Origin: Antedon mediterranea | Taxonomy: Eukaryota > Animalia > Echinodermata | Length of the DNA stretch: 64,000 nt | Reading direction: 5' to 3' | Assembly (NCBI RefSeq): GCF_964355755.1 | Contig: NC_092672.1 | Location: forward strand, 21,093,237 to 21,157,236 | Shown: piece by piece, positions 50,503 to 64,000 of the stretch | Layout of the letters: every line of letters begins with the position of its first letter | Position numbering within the stretch: the stretch's first letter is position 1 | Notes under the pieces: model-generated | What the model was told of the DNA's origin: nothing | Databases searched by the model: none | What the model saw: only the letters and a program-made list of their open reading frames with translations | Position numbers and translations under genes: made by a program

Positions 50503-51120
50503 CTTTTTATTTTTTTATTTTTATTTTATTCAAACTCATTCAACAGCGGGAAACCCGCCCCTTACAGAATGGAATAAACTATACCATATAAAAATATATA
50601 AAAATCTTAAAATCTAACAATACAAATTTATACAATTTTACTAATTTTATTACAAAAACAATAATAACGGTCAAAAAAGAGATCAATAGAATTATCTTTA
50701 ACAACACAATTATTAAAAAGAAGACAAATACGTGAAATAAATCCATTCTTGGTAACATTAACACGACAATACGGCACATAAAGAAGATTACATTTGGAAT
50801 TACGAGTACGACAACCAACAGCTTTAACATGAAAGGAAAACAAGGAGATAAAATTACAATTGAAACGGGAATTCATACATTTATACAAAAACTGAAGATC
50901 GAACATAGAACGACGAGAGACAAGCGAAGGAAGAGAGACAGACAAAGGAGGACAGTGACAAGTAGAATACACAAAACGAACAAAACGATCTTGGACTCTT
51001 TGAAGACGGGTACTATGAACAGACGAAAACGAATTAGACACAACACTACAGTATTCAAGATGGGGACGGACAAGAGAAACATATAAATTTATTAAAGTAT
51101 TAGAATTTTTAAAACACCAG
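50503..51120 (-). mobile_element. CR1-group LINE 3' fragment
   Basis: LQRVQDRFVRF..LPSLVSRRSMFDLQFLYKC..RTRN..FISRICLLFN; A-rich tail. Confidence 0.75.
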
Positions 51121-52072
51121 AAGAATTTTTAAAACACTAGAAAAAATTCTTCTGGTGTTTTTTTATGTTTTTATCATTAAGTATCTACCACTAGTATTCA
51201 AATAACTCATAATATTATCATCATGTTTTTATGTCTGTGAAAAGAAGCTGTGTATGTATTAATGCAGTTTACTTTAATATAAAAATATTTTTATTTGAAT
51301 TGAAAAATTGTTTTTTTTTTTATAATATAACATTATACATTGTTTTTGCGTTTTCTTTCAGTTTAGCAATACAATGGCTCTCCATGGATGGCTGGTTAAT
51401 CTTTGTGCAAAAAATGGTCTTGAGGTAGGCAAGTTTATACTGTTTTAGGATAATAGCATTTAACCAGCAACAATTATAGCAATGCTATCACATTAACAAC
51501 TTAATAAATTGTTCTATTAGCTTATGATATGGAAACAAGAGAACTAAAACAAGTACTGTAACTAAATAAATTAAATAGTGACAACAAATTACAGTATTAC
51601 AATGGATCAAATAATCACTGTAGTGCTTCTATGCTGTTGGCTCATTTGATGTGATTGTTTTGATTTATTTGACCAGCATGATATATCAACACATTAACAT
51701 ACAATACAACATAGAGATGAAAAATGCTGGGCAGGGGCAGCTTAAGCAAAATACATTGCTGTAAATCAAATGAACCAGCTATCCCTCATACAAAAATAAA
51801 TATTAAACAAATAATTAAATACAAATTTCATTAAAAAATTTTTATAAAAATATGTTTACAAAATTAATGTAAATACAAAATTTAAGACAAGAAGAAAAAA
51901 AAACTTACAGTATTTATTTGGGCAATCTAATATATTATGATAATATTATAATATAATGGCTGTAATTTAATACAACATGGAATGTATTTTGTTGTCTATG
52001 TTTACTATAGTATATGTATTTTTAAGAAAAATGTAACTGAATGCATATTGATCTATATGTTTTATTTCATAG

Positions 52073-52147
52073 ATTGCAGGGGAAAAAACTGCTGAAGAAA
52101 TTTGCCATTTCATTATTAGCAACAATGCTGTCAACATCCAAGACCAG
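52073..52147 (+). CDS. Exon: partial ankyrin-like repeat (IAGEKTAEEICHFIISNNAVNIQDQ)
   Basis: Phase 0-0, tttcatAG acceptor, CAG|GT donor; ends VNIQD as ankyrin repeats do. Confidence 0.65.
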
Positions 52148-54943
52148 GTATACATCAATTTGTTTTCCTTTGTAATGAATTTGATATACAACGTTAAATT
52201 ACTTGACACTAATTAAAGTACATCAATACTAATTTGTTTTTAAGATCTTTTATAATTGTTCTCTGGTTGCATATTTGCAGTTAACATACACACTGATTGT
52301 TAAAAGCATCATATTTATGTTTTATCTTAGCTGTATGTTAGATGGTTTGTATATTGTGTGTTTATATCTTATCTTAGCTGTATATTAGATGGTTTGTCAA
52401 TTGTGTGTTTATATCTTATCTTAGCTGTATGTTAGATGGTTTGTCAATATAATTGAGTACTCTTTCTTTCAATACAATTTGCTTAGACAATTTGATTGGC
52501 TAATACCGGATTTGAATAATGGCTTGGTAACCCAATCCCCTGTAATTGTAATTAATTTCAGAATCTGAACAATGATATAATTATTAATAATATAATAATA
52601 ATTTGATAACTAAACAAACTTTTATTAACATCATACTAGAGTAGTAGAAATATATACATTTCTTTTATTAAACTTTATCACTGAAAGAAAAATAGAAGGC
52701 ACAAGGCAGCAAAGGGTGAACAGGTGGCAAGCACCTCCATTCATGTTTAACAACTTGAACAGATAACAAAACATAAAAACACAAACATTTAAGATATAAA
52801 AATAGCTGAAATTATACTATTTTCAATTTCATATATAAAGCGCAACATTTAAGACCTGACCACAACAAGCATAATGGAGGTACACACCTAATTGGTGACA
52901 GTGGCTTAGTCTGCTTTTGTGCTTTCCTGGCAGCTAGTGACTATGATTTTATATTTTCTTTTGCGTTTTGTTTGTTAAATTTGTTGATTTTTATTATATT
53001 TTGTAAAGTGTATTTTTTGCTTAAATAAATAACAATAAATAATATAATACCTGCAATAGAAAAAGGTAATACCCATGTGCATGTATTGTCAGGGTCAAAG
53101 TTATTTAACAAATTTCTTTTTACATATTATTATTATTTTAATGAATTGTGGAATATTATTCGATCTGATACAAAATGGTAGCTGACGCCAAATGGGAATA
53201 ATCCTTTGGAAAAAATTATTAATTTAGGGGTTTTAGCTTTACACTTCAGACTTCTTATATAATGTTACCATTAAAGTTATTGTAAATATATGCTTCTTTT
53301 ATTTCTTGATAAATATAAATATTTATAAATAAATGTTGAATGAAACTTATAAAGAGACATAAGAACAAACCGATGCAGTTCTGGTAACCCTGTAGCCTTC
53401 AGTTAAAAGTTAAATTATACAAATTTATCAAGATGAATATCATAGATGGCCATAATTACACATGCTCTGCTTTGCATAATTTTCCCCTCTAAATCAGCCA
53501 ATGATTGCAACATAAAAATAGGTATGATGGTGATGTGAAATAGTACGAAACGCTCTATTATTCAGCTCTATACTAAATTGATTTTAAATATAATATATAA
53601 AAAAGTCCTACATTATATTATAATATCATTCATGCTTATATTAACAAATAATGCCTATTTTTCTCTCTTTGGAAAATAGATTACTTTTTTAAGGCACATA
53701 CTGTAATATAACTCATCAGCTTTTGTATTTTTGTTATATGAAAGAACGGATTTCACAGCAGTTTGTCCACTTTATAAAATGTACCATAACCTTAACACAT
53801 TGACAAGACTTAACCACTTTTTAATAATAAAACAGCCTAAAACATGGTAGAACACTAGAGAAGCCTTTTGCCATCCCCATCCACCACCAGTTCCTGATGC
53901 CGTGCCGATTGTTCAAACTTTGTCACAAACCCCTTTTCCCCTCCCTATTTTTGAATATAGTGACTGTTTTATTACTACAGTATTACTATTTTATTATTAT
54001 CAAATCACAAATACAAGATCAAAATAAAAGTACAATATAACATATTTACATGATAAAAATATTAACAAATTAAACTTAATTATTATGTTATGTTCAGGCC
54101 TAATTTATCTAATTTGTTTTGGTACTTAGTATAACATAGTATAATAGCAATAATTCTTGTTATTCTTTCAATGATTATGATAACATACTGTCTGTTAGAT
54201 CCTAAATGTATATCAAAGCAAAGCTGAAAATTAGTATTAGGCCTATACCGTATCGTTTTTGTTATAAAAAGACATTAAATTTTAATTGCTTAATTTTATT
54301 AGATATGTTTTTGACACAGCAAAATAATATGATTGTTAAAAGGTGATGTTATACAGTAATTACACTGTCATTGTCAACAATTGTGTATAAAATAGAAACG
54401 CCTTCCACAAAACACACTAATAAACATTAGGCCTAAATGATTATCAACAAGTACGGCTATTACAAGTTGGAGTGGTGCAATTGAATAGTGAAAACCTGTC
54501 TTATTAACAGCTACAACACAATTTGAAATTTAAAATAAATATTCTAGTTTTATAACTGCACTGTAAAATAATCCTATAAATAAAATTGTTTAAAACATGT
54601 AGGATACCTTTTCTTTACACAATAGTTTGCATTCAATCCAACAATTTCAAAATAAAATTGATTATAGATGATATAGTAATAGTATAATCTGTTTTATATT
54701 TCAGAATTCAAGTATACCTTGATCATGAGCATAAGAATAGTTTACACAAACAATACATTTTACAATGCTTTGTAGAAATAATCATTTAAAATTGATTGTG
54801 GTTATTAAAAAAATATTAACTTTTATTAAATTAAGGATATCATTTATAAGATTATTAATATTAGTCATTTTTTGTGTGTTAGATATAAGGGAATATGATG
54901 TACATGTTTTGTAACCTTATTTATTATTTAATATTTTCAATAG

Positions 54944-55042
54944 GATGGCGATACAGCATTAATGTGTGCTGCTTATGCAGGTAATACAACCATCTGCCAA
55001 CTGGTCTTAGGTGGTGGAGCTGATGTCAATATGCAGAATAAT
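54944..55042 (+). CDS. Exon: single ankyrin repeat (DGDTALMCAAYAGNTTICQLVLGGGADVNMQNN)
   Basis: Exactly 99 nt / 33 aa, phase 0-0, GTAAGT donor. Confidence 0.92.
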
Positions 55043-58000
55043 GTAAGTCATACACACAGTTTAACATTAATTTAAACCTTCAGTGAAACAAATCAATAAA
55101 TTTAAACTATTGTTTTTAGAATTTAGATGCTACCACCACTATAAGACTTTAGGAAAATCATAGATATTATATAATATCTCTATGGGAAGATTAGTTTAGT
55201 TGACAATACACTACTGTAGTATCCATGTTATTATACTATTGTAGTTATATTATAATAATACCAATTCTCATAACAAACATATTTTATTTTTAAATATATC
55301 TTGTACATTCTTAAAATGAATAGAATAACACAATACTGGTGTGTATATAGGTCAATATAGAAATGATGAATATTATAAGTTATAAACACATGTGTAATAA
55401 CTTATTTTCTTCTTTTTTACAAATTCTCATACTATTACTATTCTGTTTAAATTTGCAATCAAATTTTTGTATTAAGAACATGTATACTTCAAGTTACTGT
55501 TTTACACACTGTTATACCATAACATTAATATGTGTATTAAATAATATACACATTTATTTTCCATAATTCATTGCCGAATGCTGCTTTTAGAAATAAAGTG
55601 TGAAATGAATTTTACACCACAGTTTTTAACAATTTTTGCTATTGATTAATAAAAATGCTGATAGCATACACCTCAATCATCAAAGTAAAATTAAATGGTA
55701 TTAAAGTCAGTATGTTTTTATAAATTGATATTAACATTCAATAGAATACTCATAACACTTTTCATAGCATAAACTTCTTTTGAATATTTAACTGTATTTT
55801 AGTATTAGGCAGGTCAGAAAATAGGAATAACATTTGTTGATATAATAAGTATGTACATTAAAAAAAAATAAGTTGTGAATATGAATCACGTCTATCATCA
55901 ACCTTCACCTTGATTCCTTTGCTCTTTATAATTTGAGGATATTTCTAGATTAAAATGATATATCTATGCTGAAATGAAAGGTAGTGAAGATTATTTTTGA
56001 TAGAAGGGCTCTTCTTACCTAAAATTAGAGCAAATACATAAGCCCATAACACCATAATAATATTATGACAAAATATGTATTACATATACACACACATATA
56101 TTATACAAAATTTCATATTTTTTTGTGGTATATTGTTCTGTATAATTTTGAAGATCCTACTGTAAGTTGTTTAAATTTAACCAATGGCAGCATATCATAG
56201 TTAAAATTATTTGAGTTGCTCCTACAGCCTTGTGTTAATGTTAGTTGGAACCATTGTTATAATTTGAAATCTTTTGGTTAGGAACCAAATTCAAGGCTAT
56301 TAGTACTGTATTAAATTATATTGGCTTGCTACTCATATATCTTTGTCATTGTTGGGCTAAATTTAGCTATTTTAGGGCTTTCAACAATCTACAACATTCT
56401 AATTTTTATGGGCTAATTAAAATACAAAATCTAGCTATTATTTAGCATTCAAAATCTACAGTATTCCAGCTAATTTTGTATTATTTAAAACTGATGTAAA
56501 TTGCTGAAAGGCCACATAACAAACAAAACTTGTTTAGCGTCCCCTGCCCTCCCAGATTTTTGGCTTTCCTCTGGTGTAATTTTTTGTTTGTGTTTACGAG
56601 AAAAAATTGCTTTAATAGAAGCTTAACAGTATTGTGGTTATAATCAAGAAATTTCAAATTTAAATTAAAAAATTAGTTCAACAATATACTGATAAAGGTA
56701 CACAAGTATAGCCAACAATTCTTGCATAAGCTACATTTAACTTTCTACATAAAGCATTGCTCTCTAGTTCTAAATTTACGACTGTAAACCTCACTCTTAA
56801 ATATTAGTTTGAATTATACTAAATGGTTTGGTCTATATATGAAACGAAAACAATTTCTTATAGTATAGTTTTCAAATTCATTTTTTTGTAATCCCATGAA
56901 TTTTTAAACATATAATTACATACATCTATAATGTATTTTTGTTTATATGCAAGGTAGGCTAGATAATAAACAGCACTTTATAGCACAATCAATGATTGTA
57001 TACAAGATTACAATTGTACAACTCTGTCAATAACCAATGCTAATTACATATGATTCAAGCATTCAAGTTGTTATCAAACAATAGATAACAAATTTAATAC
57101 ATAGCAAAGCAGAATTGTTTCTATGAATTAAAATGCCCACATAAAATATCCAACACAAGAAACAGGTTTAATGTCTAAGGTATAATCTCTTTAAAGCCTT
57201 ACCGAAGATTTGAGTCATATTCTCTGACAACATAGTTGAAAAGGTATAGCATGTATAGTATAATGAACACAATGATGATGAAAACAATTATGAAGTATCA
57301 TATCAAGAAGATATATACTGTCACACTTTGTAATAAACAATGCACTTTGTAACTAATAATTTGTGTGAGAAGTGTGATAAATTAAAGGATATTACAACAA
57401 TAGTGAAACAGTAAAACAGGATTATACAAACAATGAGGACATTTTTAATTTATAAAGTTTTATTGTGAAACAACTTTCATTATTATGGCATTCCATTATT
57501 CTGTACATTTTCATCGATATTATCTCCAATAATGTAATGTTTTTACTTATATATAGTAGAAGGTATGTGATGTATGATATGTACTGTATGCCTATTTTTA
57601 ATAATAGGATTAGAAGGACCAAATCATCAATAGTTACAAATTGTTGAGTCTTAATTTAATTTTGCATGTTCAATCACAGCTAATGCTATAAGATCATAGA
57701 GGTATTCATTGTATTTAACTACTGTGGAGTAGCTTTGTGTCACTTATTACTGTTCTATTGATCAGATCACAGTACATAATATCTCTGTTTAAAGTGAATT
57801 TATTTGTTTCATAATGATTCTTCTACATACTGTTCTTAATAACAATGTCACTATGACAATTAATTCATTAGATAAACACACACACACACACACACACATT
57901 AAAGTAAATCTGATAAATTGTTGTCTAATGTAAGTTATTTTCAAACGTCATTCATATTGCACCTTATCAAAATATTTCAAAGCATATCACAGATAACTAA

Positions 58001-58461
58001 AACTAAATAGTAAAAAACAAGAATGTCAAATATTTTGTCTGCTATTTTTTGCCCAAAATAGTTTTGCTTTATTTATTTTCTTTGGCCTTATATTTATTTT
58101 GACCAATATTCTATCTATGCATATAGAACAAACAAAATGCCATAAGTAAGAAGCAATTATTTTATTAACCGATAGAAGCATAATGTATATTTTCAAATGT
58201 AAAACAAATTGGAATAGCTCACACAAAACAATAAATTGTACATGCTTTATAAAACAATATTTAAAAATGTATTGTTTCGAAAATTAACTGAAGACATTGT
58301 TGTGGGAAAATAGGACAAGTAGATCAAAATGCAAGATAAACATTTATTATTCAATAGTTGTATAAAACTATAAGATATTTAATCATTTTATTTTATTACG
58401 TATTATCACGTTGTACTGTATGTTTTCTAATAATATTGTTAATGTTTAATATATTCAATAG

Positions 58462-58553
58462 AATGGTCATACAGCATTACATGTTGCTGCTCAAGTGGGC
58501 AGTACTGAAATCTGCAATCAGATATGCCTGCATGGAGCAAAATGTTCAAAATA
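58462..58553 (+). pseudogene. Ankyrin exon with 3' deletions and lost GTAAG donor
   Basis: NGHTALHVAAQVGSTEICNQICLHGA then a frameshift; ..aaataagtcata instead of ..aataatGTAAGTCATA. Confidence 0.75.
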
Positions 58554-58583
58554 AGTCATACATTCATTATTATTCATTATATG

Positions 58584-59315
58584 TTTCACAGCCAAAGACG
58601 GAAATCTCCGTCTTTCAATGCCTAGCGCCAGACCGCCAAAGGCGGAAATTTCCGTCTTTGGCTTTTTATTGCACAATTTGTTAGATCAGGTATATATGGA
58701 CCGCATGTAGAAATTTCAACATCCAAATCGATATGGACCGCAAATATTTTGATACCTTATTAACCCCTAGTGCCATTGACCCCAGCTGGCCTACATCGCG
58801 TCCTATCCGTAAACAACATAATGTGCTTACTGCGGATGAAGCAATTGCAGAAATATTTGCCGACTCTGACTCTGAAAATGAGTATTTATTATCCCCAGAT
58901 GATGAAGGTATATTTGTACCTAAATCTAGTTTATAAAATGTAATAAATAATTGGAGATAATTTAGCTAGCCTGGCCTCTAGGCTAGTTTGTAGAATAGGT
59001 TGAGAATCGTGACACTGACAGACGGTGCAGCCAGGCTAAAAACCTCATTATCTCTGCTTTGTTCTCCGATTGAGCCTAAAGTGCTAAAAGTGAGCCAAGT
59101 TCTTTGTACAATAATGTGGTATTACAGTTTTATTTCAATAAAGTGTTTGGTACCATTGGAAAGTTTATTTCTATCTCATTATTTGAGTGTATATTGCATG
59201 TTATTCTGATTACAAACACCTTTGCTATGAGCTTTGAAAAACAGGTAAATTTATCTAAAATGGCTGGCGGTGAGGGGTACTTCCTGTATTGAATGCCTGA
59301 CGGTGAAAGTGTTAA
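58584..59315 (+). mobile_element. piggyBac-like non-autonomous remnant
   Basis: Right end cggtgaaagtgTTAA, partial left end tttcacagcc; internal LTADEAIAEIFADSDSENEY resembles the acidic N-terminus of piggyBac transposases. Confidence 0.55.
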
Positions 59316-61044
59316 TCTGAAATTTCACTCTTCATTTTACTTATAATCGAATAACATTCTTAAAATGTTTAAAAAAACCCAGAATTGATCAATAAATGTG
59401 TAATAATATGCCAAAATAGTATGAATAATTTTATTCTGAAATAATTATGAACAACACTTATTATTTGTATGAAATAAAATTCTCAAAATCATCTATTAAA
59501 ACTTGTAATCAACTGTTTGTATTAGCAAATGTACTTCACGTTTGTGCAGGCAAGATCTTATATACACATAAAACACAATATTTTTTATGTGAGTAAAAGA
59601 TTTCATCATTCAATGCTAAAATGAGAACTTGAATTGTACAACACAGTTTTTAAATGTTTGTTATTTTATTTCATTTCATTTATTCATTCGACCAATAAAC
59701 AGATACAGAACAGAACAAAGCACATGGTCATTGGCAAATAAAGCAAAACAATTACTATAACCGCCCTGGCTTTTAAACACGATGTAGCTCTCGTTCTGCG
59801 AAGCCTAGCAACTAACGAAAAACAGTGACGTAAAGCTTGAAAATCCCCTTATAGAATATGACATCATCTTTTGTGCCTTCTATTTGCATAAGCGATGTTT
59901 AGGTAGTAATACGCAGGGTGGTTTTGGGCGCTTTAGGTGCTAAAGGGGTAAAGAGCAATTAAGACATACTGTAAATTAAAACAACAAAATACAAAAAATA
60001 TTGCACCAAGTAAAACATTTGTACAAGCTTACTAAAAAGTCTCTTAGTATAAGGGACCTATACATAAATATACAAAATTAAATAATTAAAAGATTAATAA
60101 TCGGTTATTGAAAATTTAACTACTGTAATATAATAGAAGTTGCCTTAACATAGTAGCACAAATTAAATTGTAAATTTTGATTAAAATCTTTATTAACTCA
60201 AGATCCTGTATATTTAAAGCATAACGGAACAAAATTTCATTTTTTTTAAAAGAGCAAAATAGACATAAATTGGCATTTCTCAACATTGAGACAATTGAGA
60301 ATAGAGTTGTAGCTTGATGATTAAGACGGTCGGCTAGCAATCTAAGGGTCCTGTGTTACATGTTTTTAAGAATAAAAACTTATTTCATTGTATCCTATAA
60401 CTTTTTTAAACATTGATGCTTTCAAGTAAATTTAAAACAATTATTGGATGGATATTGTAATTGAAGACTATCTAAGTTGTAATCCGGCAGATGCGGACAT
60501 TCAGGCGACCCTTGTGAATCAAAAACGTTAAAGAGTGAAAAAGTTCATAATGATGAAGCCTTGTCATAAACAGTAGAATTGAAGCCATTTTATGATACAT
60601 TACAGAAGGATAATCACTAGGTTTATTTTTACATTTCATCTGACTCCAAAATCTTATTTGTACAGTAGGCCTTGTATTTTTAGCTAAAGAATATATTTAC
60701 GCTGACAGTAAAGTATCTCGAGCAAACTTTAAATTATTTTTTGTCATTTCTTAAAATATAAAAACAAAAAAACAGGCCAATGTTATTAAATTATAAAAAA
60801 CCCGTTATTGTAAGTTAATTTATACTAGAGTGTACATGAGCAAAGCAGGCCTACCCTATAAAAATGAATAAATAATATATTAAGATTTAATGACAATTTT
60901 TGACAAAATAGGTTTTATTACATGATATACCAAAATATGAGTCCATATTATTAACATGATAATATTATGAACAATTTCATATTTTTTGGTGGTTGTTGTG
61001 CTTTGTATAGCAAATTTTGAAAATGTCTTAAATTATCACCTATA

Positions 61045-61530
61045 ACAAGTGTTATAACGTTCGTAAAAGCCAGTTACTTATTCGTCGTAGAGGGCGTAGA
61101 TGCAAACAAGTTTGCTGAACTGGGGTGGCAAATGGTAAAGTAGGTCATGGGTGATCGATTCATAGTAAATAAAAAAAAAAAAATTAAGTATGTCAAGTGT
61201 TATAACGTTCATAAAAGCCAGTTACTTATAGAGGACGTAGATGCAAAAAAGTTTGCGGAACTGGGGTGGCAAATCGTAAAGTAGGTCAAGGGTGATTGAT
61301 TTATACCAACATTTTTGAAAAAATTAAGTAGGTCAAGTGTTATAACGTACGTAAAGCCAGTTTCTTATTCACCGTAGAGGGCGCAGATGCAAAAAAGTTC
61401 GCGGAACTAGGGTGGCAAATGGTAAAGTAGGTCAAGGGATACCAAAATATGTTGAAAATATTAAGTAGGTCAAGTGTTATAACGTTCATAAAAGCTAGTT
61501 ACTTATTCGCCGTAGAGGGCGTAAATGCAT
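61045..61530 (+). repeat. ~140-150-bp diverged tandem repeat, ~3.4 copies
   Basis: caagtgttataacgttc..aaagccagttactta..gatgcaaa..gggtggcaaat..gtaaagtaggtca recurs. Confidence 0.85.
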
Positions 61531-63220
61531 AAAATGTTATTGAACTTTGACTGGAAGAAGTAGAGGAGGTCAAGTCTAACATGTTGATGCAATAACCACT
61601 CAATTAGATAGTTATTACATATTAAAATCTGTTTTTAAAAATATTTGTGACTGTCCCTTTAATTCAATTTGAATAAGGAACTAGGAACTAGTAACCAACT
61701 TCACAGACATAGCATTCGACAGCTTGTAAAAAAATTGGTCAAAAACACATTTTTCGCACAAACTTGCTGTTTTAACATAGCTTAATAGATAAAGGGGAAT
61801 CAAACGGTGCCCCAGCTCAAAAGGCGCTAGCTATCAGTCTTCTGGTTTAGGAAGAGTCAGAGTAACACATTTTAAGTTTTGTAATATAGATTGGTTTGCT
61901 ACTCATCATTATAGTCATTGTTGGTCAATATTTGCCTACTTTTGGGTTATTTAAAATTGGTTATTGATTTTGTCTTTTAAATTTAAATTGTCTTTAAATA
62001 AAAGTTAAATTGTGCGTAGTGCTGCCAATTTGAAAGGTATTCAAATCAATTCTAAGACTAGAAATCTGTTTGGATATCATAGATGAAATACCCCTTGTAG
62101 CATTTCAAAGATATCATTTTTGATAAATGAATTTGACAATTATTGAAACCATTAGAGATCAGATGGTCATCAAACTTATATAAATAAAAAATGGAAAAAC
62201 CAATACAATAGATCTTTAGTCTGCTTTATGGCATATTTAACTGTCTGCTGACTGCATATTTAAACATTGATGATTGTTAGAATTCAAATTATTAATGGTG
62301 GGCTTATACTTAACATAGGTCTACTTTACTGTGAAAACAGGATGCTGGTCAACTCATCACTAAAATACTTTGATAACAAATAGTATATCAAGACTTAAAT
62401 ATTATGAAGAGGGAAGCTTGAATGCCACTATTATTCCAAAATAGGGATAGGCTGCTGTGTAGTGTTTATATGACATGTTCAGTTTTTAAATTCACTAGTA
62501 AATAATAAACCTTCTTAGTTTCTGTCTAATAGCATTACTGCTAATGCAGTATATTAAAGTTTAAATTTCTAAATTAGATAATTTATTGTACTATACATCA
62601 CAGCCACTGATCATAACTGGGCCCTCTTGGAGACCAGTCTTTGACTGAAGAGGTTGCCCAGTATAAACAAAATATTTTAATTTCAATAATGACACGTCAA
62701 CCAGTAATTTTGATCAAAACAAATTTAAGGCAAATGTACTGTACATTACTTTACATATAGTCTACTCGCCCTAATTTGCTAAACATTTTAGCAGCTAGAA
62801 ATATTGCCACATAATTTTTTTTGGGTAAAAAATGTGTATTTTTTTTTTCGTCCAATGTTGAGAGTGGCCTAACAACAATGAAATCCATAAATTATAAATA
62901 ATTACAACATTGTTTTTCATATGTATGGACAATGGTGTTTATAACCCTTTAAACTGTACAGTACAAACAATGGCATAGACTCGACATTAGGATGTTTTTT
63001 CACTGACAGAATTAACTTGGATTTATAGATTCAACAGCAAAGTGAAGTTCTCGTTCATGTTTTATGCCACAAATTCAGACCACTGGTTCCTTCTGAGCAT
63101 GCACAATACAATTGTGTCATCATCTCCAATAAGAATCTGAGAATAAGAACATGATGTTTGGTATGATAATTATCTATACTATGTGAAATATAATAACCTC
63201 TATGTGCTTAATATTTTAAC

Positions 63221-63290
63221 CCAAGCTGGTCACAACCTCATATGTATGTGCCTGATCAAGGCAGGATCAGATGTGAATGTTGCAAGTGAT
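63221..63290 (+). pseudogene. Ankyrin exon lacking its 5' third
   Basis: QAGHNLICMCLIKAGSDVNVASD|GTAAGTCATA; the G-x-TALH part and the caatAG acceptor seen in sister exons are absent. Confidence 0.7.
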
Positions 63291-64000
63291 GTAAGTCATA
63301 TATTTAACAAAACATTTTACTTTTTTTTCCAATTTAAAAAGTCTAGATTAATTTTTCACAAAATCTACAAATTGGAGTAGTAAAGATTTTGTCTGATTTA
63401 ATGTTGTAATTATAGTTACAAAATTTTCACTCATCTTAAACCTTATTCATTATTTTAATGATTTACTTACATTAATACATAGGCCTATACAACAAATACA
63501 ATACATTAGTTTATATTTTTGAATGACAGGTTTGTCAAATATAATTGTGGCACATTTCAACAAATTACAGCATATAATTACTGTAGATAAAACCAAATTA
63601 CATTTGCTCATAAAGAGTATTATCGTTTTTCGGAATGTGCCTTGAAAGCTTTGGTCTTTGTTCTATCGTCTTACTGTACACCATCGCTTGTAGTATAATA
63701 TCCCACTACCCGGCCTGTGTTAAATATAAAGGCATCCATGTCTAATTCATATTATATTTACCTGTTTCAAATGAAAAAATGGATAGCTACTGTAGATTGT
63801 TTTAAATTTAAAGAAAAGAGAATAGATTTAGAGAATAATTTGCAAGCATGTAATTATATTTGAACATAATGAACAACTACCTAAAAGGTAGTCTTCTTTA
63901 TTGTACCTTTTTAATATCCTAGATGTGGGTAAAGTACTTTAGAAGAATCCTTTATCACTTCTCATCTGTTGTGCTGGCATACATATCTTATTTGTTTTAT

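Larger units (their letters stand above)
51362..63290 (+). pseudogene. 5' part of a second ankyrin-repeat gene, probably a tandem paralogue; runs past the window end; two exons damaged
   Basis: Exons 51362-51424 (MALHGWLVNLCAKNGLE), 52073-52147, 54944-55042, 58462-~58553, ~63221-63290 share ankyrin sequence; the last three share splice flanks. Confidence 0.7.

Noticed and set aside
60300-60360. Additional tRNA gene
   Set aside because: Only a decayed A-box-like SINE head; no B box or cloverleaf.

Overview
AT-rich, intron- and transposon-rich eukaryotic DNA, most likely from an invertebrate animal (inference); it is not prokaryotic. Manual splicing of + strand GT-AG exons between 2700 and 31044 gives a Roco-family gene with the architecture ankyrin repeats - death domain - Roc GTPase - COR - death - death; its 5' end lies outside the window. 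In this sequence the gene is disabled by a 1-nt deletion at ~22753 and an in-frame TGA at 26838. A second + strand gene begins at ~51362 with one-repeat-per-exon ankyrin exons, two of them damaged, and looks like a tandem paralogue. The introns hold nested non-autonomous DNA transposons, Rex1/Babar-, CR1- and Penelope-type retroelement fragments, tRNA-derived SINEs and many minisatellites. The oddities most worth checking are a ~175-copy 23-bp array built from the gene's own 5' splice site, a duplicated switch-I exon with one stop-containing copy, two possible C-termini that both fit PTS1 (SKL/CRL), a SINE/LINE shared tail with compensatory changes, and an intact-looking tRNA with an ATC anticodon inside a structured 360-bp repeat. 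All exon calls were made by eye, without transcript data.
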